Assembly (NCBI RefSeq): GCF_964355755.1
Contig: NC_092676.1
Location: 1,493,788-1,557,787, forward strand
DNA length: 64,000 bases
Direction: 5' to 3'
DNA from: Antedon mediterranea
Lineage: Eukaryota; Animalia; Echinodermata
Within the stretch, counting starts at the first letter, position 1. Every line of letters starts with the position of its first letter. Shown here in pieces: positions 51,701 to 59,136 of the stretch. A program made the position numbers and the translations under genes. The notes below the pieces were generated by a model. The model was given only the letters and a program-made list of their open reading frames with translations. It did not search any database and was not told where the DNA came from.

Positions 51701-52273
51701 AAGTAGATCCTGATCAGATTGAACATCACTTTGTGGTGGCCTATAACATACATAAGTCAAAATCGTCCAGTTTGAAACTTGTATTTCACACCTTATCACA
51801 TCTGACAAGAGATCATTACAAATATGGGAATTAACTAAGTGTATAGAATTAGATATGTAAAAAGCACATCCGCCGCCATGGCGGTTTCTATCATTTCTAA
51901 TAGGTTCTTGATAACCGTCTAGTAAAATGTCATGGTTCAAGATAGTTTGATCTAGCCATGTTTCTGTTAAAGCAATAATATCATAGTTATTTAAATTTGC
52001 TAGGTGTTGAATTTCAGCTAGTTTACCTGGAACGATTAGACTACGTATGTTAATATGGCAAACTGTAAACTGTTCCGGACCAGGATTTGGATGTATATCG
52101 CCGCACATTAAAAGCATGCACATTAGAACATTATTACGCCCCAAATTTATGATAAATAAATTATCCATTATCAGTAAAAAAAATAAGTAAAGTACTCACT
52201 TTAAAAACGCTAGCACATATGAGAACACTTAGCCAAACGAACATAGTAAACATTGAAATAAAAACAAGAGAAC
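48743..52273 (-). mobile_element. Non-LTR retrotransposon (CR1/L2 group, Crack/Daphne-like), 5'-truncated, recent insertion
   Basis: Poly(A) tail (T run 48740-48760) preceded by AATAAA; 3' UTR stem-loop at 48778-48821; 10-bp TSD ACATTACTTT (48733-48742, 52274-52283); intact ORF2. Confidence 0.92.
48863..52168 (-). CDS. LINE ORF2: APE endonuclease + reverse transcriptase + C-terminal Cys/His motif, 1101 aa
   Basis: APE motifs HINIRSL, LTETWL, YRPP, GDMN, CDHSP; RT motifs NYRPISIL, QSGF, FLDISKAFDKVWH, GVPQGSVLGP, YADD, HLGV; CTCG..HFLCYC. Confidence 0.95.
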   Translation of the reverse strand: MDNLFIINLGRNNVLMCMLLMCGDIHPNPGPEQFTVCHINIRSLIVPGKLAEIQHLANLNNYDIIALTETWLDQTILNHDILLDGYQEPIRNDRNRHGGGCAFYISNSIHLVNSHICNDLLSDVIRCEIQVSNWTILTYVCYRPPQSDVQSDQDLLDYFQNSTNNFVLSRHSLTLMMGDMNAQNNNWYNDGNTNRFGKSFYEFLQQNGLTQHINMPTRCIKDQRSCIDHIVTSQNVYINDFGALCPLLNCDHSPVYANIDIRITRDKPYNRKIYLFEKTDFNLYRNALNSVNWEEVYSSSKVEDVCHNWIDLFNNCVDNYIISKIITVRPNDKPWINAHIRTLIRKRNRAHSTRNNSNSHMQRFKKIRAKVVKAIRKAKQTFLDKQFDLLMNKNCDSKTWWSTINSVCNSKQYYKIPPIKLNDDVLTLNSEKVKAFNNYFKSQSFIPNHDDFPSDFTYRTASRLSTLKLSVDEIMKLLTMLDKNKAMGPDEIHSIILIESAEIIAPHLTKLYNFCISQGYFPVEWKKSNVIPLHKKGNKSLIENYRPISILSNFAKIFERAVFDIVYKYFVDNKLLTQFQSGFTPGDSTTYQLLYLIDTFNRALDLRKEVISVFLDISKAFDKVWHNGIIYKLNQYGINGTLLKWFQSYLNSREQRVIIEGTTSPWVTITAGVPQGSVLGPFLFIVFINDMVDNIKSNISLYADDTSLYDICTDRNISEQKLNGDLNVIYNWAKKWKVTFNANKTKAILFTRKHLDNYVSLNFNNVNLQFVNDHRHLGVMLNAKLKWDSHIQSVINKASLSLNMLRRVKHILPRQALCHIYISHVRPLMEYAAPVWCNIPVKLSDELENIQISAGRICTGAWKHTSHNALRQELGWLSLEKRRQFLNLILFFKIIHKLTPVYLYSLFNFSDNIEVYNLRNIRNIIIPFCKTTSYRLSFVPSIITHWNELNNEIKNSSFLVEFKKLLLKSNLFETKKRSYYDTGDKKINQIHTRIRLGFSCLNSHLFLHGLRDNPNCTCGFNVENPLHFLCYCPNYNTQRDILLVSANSIIEDILAKDFSLTFNFTFLSEIFIFGSDLLSNCENALLFYYVQQFLVNSGRFN

Positions 52274-53243
52274 ACATTACTTTCATAATATAATAATACA
52301 GTGTCATTTCCTACTAACTATCATTCCCTTTTCCTGCATTGCAGTTCTATATAGTGTGAGAACAGAATGAATAGACACATTGAACGTTGAACAACTAAAG
52401 CTAAAGTACAGGATTTTAAGGTTAGTAGTAGATCTGAATAATTGTCTTCAAATTGTTAAATTAAATAGAAAACTGTATTACTGCTAATAAGCAAATATCT
52501 AAAGCTCTTTTAAATTCATTGATTAACTTTTGTTGTTTACTTACTGAATGATACAGTACCTGTCCTATAAACAAGTTGTTGTTTGTAGATAGGTAATATA
52601 CAATAGCTAGCTTTAAAACCAGCTGATATTTCTAGGCCTATTGATTTTTAATAGTTCAACCTAATAAGAAATCCTAAAGATCCAAGGCATAATGTAAGGT
52701 AGGCCAGCAACTAACATAGGCCTAGTTTAGCAATAGACATGCTTTAAATATACAAAATAATTCATGATTGATGATAATAAGACATTCTCAATGTACAATG
52801 TGAATTAAAAGTGATTGAACATTTACCAACCTGTGTTGAGGCATTTGGCTATTTCAAAGAAATTGGTCTAATGCAACTCCTTTTTTTGTGGAAAATCGCC
52901 ATGCTCTAAAAATAGCCTATCCATTTTTGGGAGAATTAGAAGGTGCCCCAGCACAAGTATAAGTTTTGTGGTTTAGGCTATTATAATATAGATTAAACCT
53001 CACAGTAGGTATTATTAAAATGCTATACTCTAATTATAAAATAATATTTGTATATATATACATGGAGGTATAAAAATAGAAAAAATGTTTATACCTCCAT
53101 GATATATATATATATATAAATCCAAAGGCAAATTACTGAAAAAAATTACAATGCTGTGGGTATCAGTGACTGGATCTCAATGGAGATACAAAAATAAAAA
53201 GCGAAAAGCTAAATCAAAACGATACAGTAAACAGCCAGAAAAG

Positions 53244-53285
53244 TTAGCAGAGCTTTCGGGGAACACTAGCCCTTCATCAGTGCAA
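53244..53285 (-). ncRNA. Minimal type I hammerhead ribozyme motif (Penelope-type end)
   Basis: Minus strand GCA-CUGAUGA-A-GGG..CCC-C-GAAA-GCUC-UGC: core present, short stems I and II, palindromic AGCU stem III. Confidence 0.55.
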
Positions 53286-53358
53286 GACTATTGTATACGA
53301 TATATATATATATATAAATAAAATAACAGCAGAAAACTTGGTTACTTCATTGTTTAAA

Positions 53359-53414
53359 TCACTACAAATTTGTTTCGTACGACCAGCATGTAGCTGGCCG
53401 CACTCTTCAGGTGA
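53359..53414 (-). ncRNA. Type I hammerhead ribozyme
   Basis: Minus strand UCAC-CUGAAGA-GUGCGGCCAGC-uacau-GCUGGUCGUAC-GAA-ACAAAUUUGU-A-GUGA: intact core, 11-bp stem II, palindromic stem III, GUA cleavage triplet, 4-bp stem I. Confidence 0.8.
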
Positions 53415-53718
53415 AATATAAAACATAAGTGACACAGTTGTCTCATAGTGCTTAATAGAAGTGAGTCATCAGGAAGTCGTATACAATAGCCTATTGTTTT
53501 AGATAAACTATTTGGATCTACAATTTAGTAAGAATTTTTTCCTATGTCTACAAGTAGAGACTAACTCGTTCTTACGGTTCAGTGAGAATAGCTCTGGTTG
53601 ACATATAATAATATACTTTTCATATATACATAAATTACATCTTTTGTTAATATTTGAGTAAGGTTTGCATTTCTTTATCATTTTCCATTTAATTGAGTAA
53701 TTTGTTTTAGAGTCTTAA

Positions 53719-55350
53719 AGGGGGATTCTGGGTTTAAAATTGCTTTTAAATATCGTTTATTTATTAAATAAAAAACATTATAACAATATAGACATGTCAG
53801 AATGAAGAAGTAATAACGAGAAATTAAAAAAATTAAATTTCATATACATTTTAGGGTAAATTCATGGAAAGTCTGTTTTTCAGCAGCTTAGGGAAGCTCA
53901 TTAATATTCATGAGATATTCACAAAATCACGTCATCAGTGGATTCCAAACTCGCGACGTCAAGCTTGTACGTTATGTTCTCTCTCCTCTGTCAAACGATG
54001 ACCACCCGATCATTGTGAAATACATTTTTTTGTAGATTTGCTAAGCTAGGCCTAAAGTGTAATAATAACAGTAGTAGCATATATTTATTTGACATTTAAT
54101 GAAATACAAAATTTAGTACAGATTACGGAGTCATAAATTATACTATTTTTATACCTCGAATTAATAGTACAGATCGTATATCGGCTTCACGTACTAGTAG
54201 GCTAGGCCTAGCCTAAATCATTTTATTCATGCCGGGGTGAGAGCCATTTCTGACTAGGGATTCCATGCCACGATGGCTACGTTAAAACATTGCATTGGGG
54301 CCATCATTCATGGGCCTAGCTAGCCTATTACTAAACGATTGGCCCATAAATAACAAAACTCAGTGGATTCCAAACCCATCCTATCAAAACCAAACTCCTA
54401 AACAATCTAGGCCTAAACCTAAAACGTTCTACAAAAATCGGCTGTAAATATTGAGGCAAAACAAGGTCCGATCGCCGTCCGCACGTCTAATAAGTAGGCC
54501 TAGTTAGTTTACTCTCCAAAAAAGCGGATACTGCATCAAGCAAGTAGACCGGTAGTAGGAAGGAGACCTAGCTAGCCTAGCCTAGCCGATCCGGCCCAGT
54601 TAAAAATTGAGCTAGCTAGTGTAGTAGACCCTATGCGAATTGATACTACCAGGCCTTTTACTATAGGCTACACTTGTTAAAATTAGCAATACTGTACTTA
54701 TGTTTACAAATATTCCAACTCTTTCATTCGAGCTATATTATCTATACCATTCCGGTAGGTTGAGTCGACCTTCAATCAAATACTGTACATCGTTCATGTT
54801 GTGATATAGACGGGGTATACTCGACCCGACCAGTTTGGTATTGTATACTGTATCTGCTTATCACGTGACGATGCCAGGCATGGGCAGAGAGAGCACGTGT
54901 ATCGTCGTCTCGCTCTCCTCGCTCAGCAGGTGGTGCAGGATTGTATACGTTACGCTTCATTGATTTTGAAGGCTTTCCCTAAGTCAGTGCGAAAATCGGC
55001 AAACGTAAAGTGCAAACTTATCTAATTTTTCACTGTTTTGATGGATTTTCATAGAAAATTGATTTTATAAATGGGAAGACCGACTAAAATTACATAAGAT
55101 AAGTATAATTTTACAAAAGTAATTGATATGGTTAATGATAACGAGTCGTCGGAAGATTGACCATTTCACGAATTTCGTATTCTGTAACCACAGTGTGATT
55201 TTGCCGTAGCTGCACTTGTAATCTGGCCTCATTTCACAGCCTTCGTTCTGCTTCACTGGGCGCTTATATAAATTGAAACTTTTACCGTTCAAGAGACAAA
55301 CAAATATATTTTACATTTTTTACTATTCAATTTAAACCCGGAACCCCCCT
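53719..55350. mobile_element. Kolobok-like non-autonomous DNA transposon nested in the Penelope-like element
   Basis: TIR AGGGGGATTCTGGGTTTAAA / TTTAAACCCGGAACCCCCCT; TTAA TSD at 53715-53718 and 55351-55354. Confidence 0.8.
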
Positions 55351-55826
55351 TTAAAGTGTCCATATATATTTACTGAGTTCCGGTGCGTTTCTTAGATTTT
55401 CGTTCCGGAATGAAGACGTATGGTTTCTGTATCTGGTTTTAAACTGGTTTTCAGTTAGTCCGACATATGTTTCTTCTTTTGATGAATCTTCTCTCTTTAC
55501 TGTAGCTTGGTAAACTACACCTTTTGTTAGGCAGTTACCTGGGAGCGGGCATTCATTGGGATTGCGGCAGTTACATCCGCTTGTTTTCGCGTTGGTTTCA
55601 GTAGATAAGGTAGGTAATTACTTTGTCTACGCTGGGCATGCAACTGTAGCTTAGTTTCAAGGTATTTCTGTTAAATATTTTTCTGAGCTTGTTGCCGGCA
55701 GGAAAACAATCTTCTATATATATATATATATGTATATTCTATATTATATTTTATTTTCAAATATTAATGTGTAATGCTGTTGTAATCTGTTGATTGTCTG
55801 ATTTAATCAATCAAAGTAGTGGGTCC

Positions 55827-57697
55827 AGACCATCCACAGACAAAGAAGGGGGTATAAGACCATCCACAGACAAAGAAGGGGGTATAAGACCATCCACAGA
55901 CAAAGAAGGGGGTATAAGACCATCCACAGACAAAGAAAGGGGAAGGCCATCTACAGACAAAGAAGGGGGTGTAGGACCATCCACAGACAAAGAAGGGGGT
56001 GTAAGACCATTCACAGACAAAGAAGGGGGTGTAAGACCATCCACAGACAAAGAAGGGGGTGTAAGACCATCCACTGACAAAGAAGGGGATATATAGGACC
56101 ACTTACAGACAAAGAAGGAGGTATAAGACCATCCACAGACAAAGGGGGTGTAAGACCATCCACACACAAAGAAGGGGGTATAAGACCATCCACAGACAAA
56201 GAAAGGGGTGTAAGGCCATCTACAGACAAAGAAGGGGGCATAGGACCCTCCACAGACAAAGAAGGGGGTGTAAGACCATCCACTGACAAAGAAGTGGGTA
56301 TAGGACCACTTACAGACAAAGAAGTGGGTATAGGACCACTTACAGACAAAGAAGGGGGTGTAAGACCATCCACAGACAAAGAAGGGGGTGTAAGACCATC
56401 CACAGACAAAGAAGGGGATGTAAGACCATCCACACACAAAGAAGGGGGTATACTGTAAGACCATCCACAGACAAAGAAAGGGGTGTAAGGCCATCTACAG
56501 ACAAAGAAGGGGGTGTAGGACCATCCACAGACAAAGAAGGGGGTGTAAGACCATCCACAGACAAAGAAGGGGTGTAAGACCATCCACAGACAAAGAAGGG
56601 GGCGTAGGACCCTCCACAGACAAAGAAGGGGGTGTAAGACCATTCACTGACAAAGAAGGGGGTATAGAACCACTTACAGACAAAGAAGGGGGCGTAGGAC
56701 CCTCCACAGACAAAGAAGGGGGTATAAGACAAGGTGGTGTAGGACCATCCACAGACAAAGAAGGGGGTGTAGGACCATCCACAGACAAAGAAGGGGATGT
56801 AGGACCATCCACAGACAAAGAAGGGGATGTAGGACCATCCACAGACAAAGAAGGGGGTATAAGACCATCCACAGACAAAGAAGGGGTATAAGACCATCGA
56901 CAGAGAAAGAAGGGGGTGTAAGACCATCCACATACAAAGAAGGGGTGTAAGACCATCCACACACAAAGAAAAAGGTGTAGACCATCCACACACAAAAAAG
57001 GGGTGTAATACCATCCACACACAAAAAAAGGGGTGTAATACCATCCACAGACAAAGAAAAGGGTGTAATACCATCAACAGACAAAGAAAAGGGTGTAATA
57101 CCATCAACAGACAAAGAAAAGGGTGTAATACCATCAACAGACAAAACAAAGGGTGTAATACCATCAACAGGCACAGAAGGGGGTATAATACCGTCCACAG
57201 ACAAAGAAAAGGGTGTAAGACCATCCACAGACAAAGAAGGGGGTGTAGGACCATCCACAGACAAAGAAGGGGGTGTAGGACCATCCACAGACAAAGAAGC
57301 GGGTGTAAGACCATCCACTGACAAAGAAAGGGTATAGGACCACTTACAGACAAAGAAGGGGGTATAAGACCATCCACAGACAAAGAAGGGGTTTTAGGAC
57401 CATCCACAGACAAAGAAGGGGTGTAGGACCATCCACAGACAAAGAAGGAAGTGTAGGACCATCCACAGACAAAGAAGGGGTGGAAGACCATCTACATGCA
57501 AAGAAAGGGATGTAAGACCATCCACACACAAAGAAAGGGGTGTAATACCATCAACACGCACAGAAGGGGGTGTAAGACCATCCACAGACAAAGAAGGGGT
57601 ATAAGACCATCCACAGACAAAGAATGGGGTATAAGACCATCCACAGACAAAGAATGGGGTATAAGACCATACAGACAAAGAAGGAGGAGTAGGACCA
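55827..57697. repeat. Minisatellite, 30-bp unit GTAAGACCATCCACAGACAAAGAAGGGGGT, roughly 60 copies
   Basis: Contiguous tandem units with minor variants and no unique spacers. Confidence 0.95.
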
Positions 57698-59136
57698 TAT
57701 TAACCAAGGAAGCATACAAAAAGAAGATACAATCAAAATACCACTTGGAAAACAATAAATTGTAGAATAACTGAGGCTTGATTGTTGAAATATAAAGGGT
57801 TCTTTGTAAGGTCATTAATAATATATTGATATAAACACGATCATCATACTTTTCATTTGACATTCAAATACAGTCCATCTCGAAAAGAAGCTCATACTAT
57901 CACCTTTTCGAGGTTTTACGGTATTCCATAACATGTATGTTATTTCCTCTGTCAAACTATTAAAACTTTTAGCGAATCAGAAGGTGCCAACATCATTGAA
58001 CTAATGGTACCACCAAGCACAATGTTTACCAATTTTATGTACTATATACAATTTAAGTCCATTAATCATTTAATATAATTACGCCTATCAGGTCAAAGTT
58101 CAAAGACCAACAAAAACCACATACAGTATATTCACCTAATTAAAAATCAATAAATAAATGTCAAAGGTCATAAATTGTATTTCCGGTCATTTTATGTGAG
58201 AATGTTTCATTACTACAAATATAAATGTATTTATTCTGAACAAAATGACACCAAAATCGATTGAAAATGACCAGTAGTTACAGAGATACAAATACGAGGT
58301 CAAAGGGCAAACTGAAAGAAACGTCATTTCCGGTCATTTTTGGACGAAAATTTTCATTAGAGCAAATAGAAATATATAGTTTGTGAACAATTTGAGACCA
58401 TAATTAAGTCTCTAATATGTATAGTTGCCAAGATATGAACATTTTTTGTTTTTATGGTGGCCATTTTGAAATCAAGATGGCCGCCATACCGGACGTTGGA
58501 CGCTTGGCACCCCCCGATATTTTGAATCTAAATACATTAAAGAAACTTTGTGCCAAGTTTCATGCTTTGGTAATAAAATGCACAGCACATGTCATTAACT
58601 GCTCTACTATATAGGACCTCGTCACCTCAGACATCTACACCTACTGTGTATTTCTAAAATTCATTTTATAAGGCAAGTATATTATGTACATTATTTAATT
58701 TTACAATCTTTTGTGCAAACATAATATTAATTACTATGTTTAAGCCTGGCCCTATAGTACAATGTACTACTCTGGGATGGGATAGCAGTAGGCAGGTTCT
58801 TACACCCTTTCTCTTAAAACACTTCATCATCGTCGGCCTTGATGAAAAACACCTTTTGGTGATTAAAGTGTTTCCGTGTGAAAATAAAGTATATTATTAT
58901 TATTATACTCGCACCTATTATTACAAGGCCATACATGGTTGCCGTGCGCAAATTTGAGTTTGTGTTTACCGACCGAGTGAGCTTTAGTGAATAAAATTAA
59001 ATATTTGCCAATTTAATTTTTTTTAATATAAGGCCTATATTTTGGCTTTGAGTACTTTATTTGTTTGTATATCAGAGAAAAAAAATGTAAAAATTTAGAT
59101 AGTTTGTAGAACATGCATTTGTTGATTTTTTTACAG

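Larger units (their letters stand above)
53316..55712 (-). mobile_element. Penelope-like retroelement 3' fragment (GIY-YIG endonuclease) inside a (TA)n tract
   Basis: Minus-strand translation across the nested element: KLRKIFNRNTLKLSYSCMP..CNCRNPNECPLPGNCLTKGVVYQATV..ETYVGLTENQFKTRYRNHTSSF..LSKYIWTL // NYSIKWKMIKKCKPY..CNLCIYEK..LNRKNELVSTCRHRKKF; hammerhead downstream; (TA)n on both sides; disrupted by stops and frameshifts. Confidence 0.85.

Noticed and set aside
55827-57697. CRISPR-like array and the many overlapping ORFs (up to 383 aa)
   Set aside because: Units are contiguous with no unique spacers and no cas genes, in a eukaryotic context; the ORFs are by-products of a 30-bp stop-poor repeat.
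57865-58610. DNA transposon remnant next to the minisatellite
   Set aside because: Repeat-like texture, but no matching TIR pair or TSD could be found.
23803-59136. ORF-track N-terminal extensions of TRIM copies (starts 23803, 29510, 37591, 44084, 59113)
   Set aside because: They run through polypyrimidine tracts and acceptors; the shared start is the ATG right after the AG.
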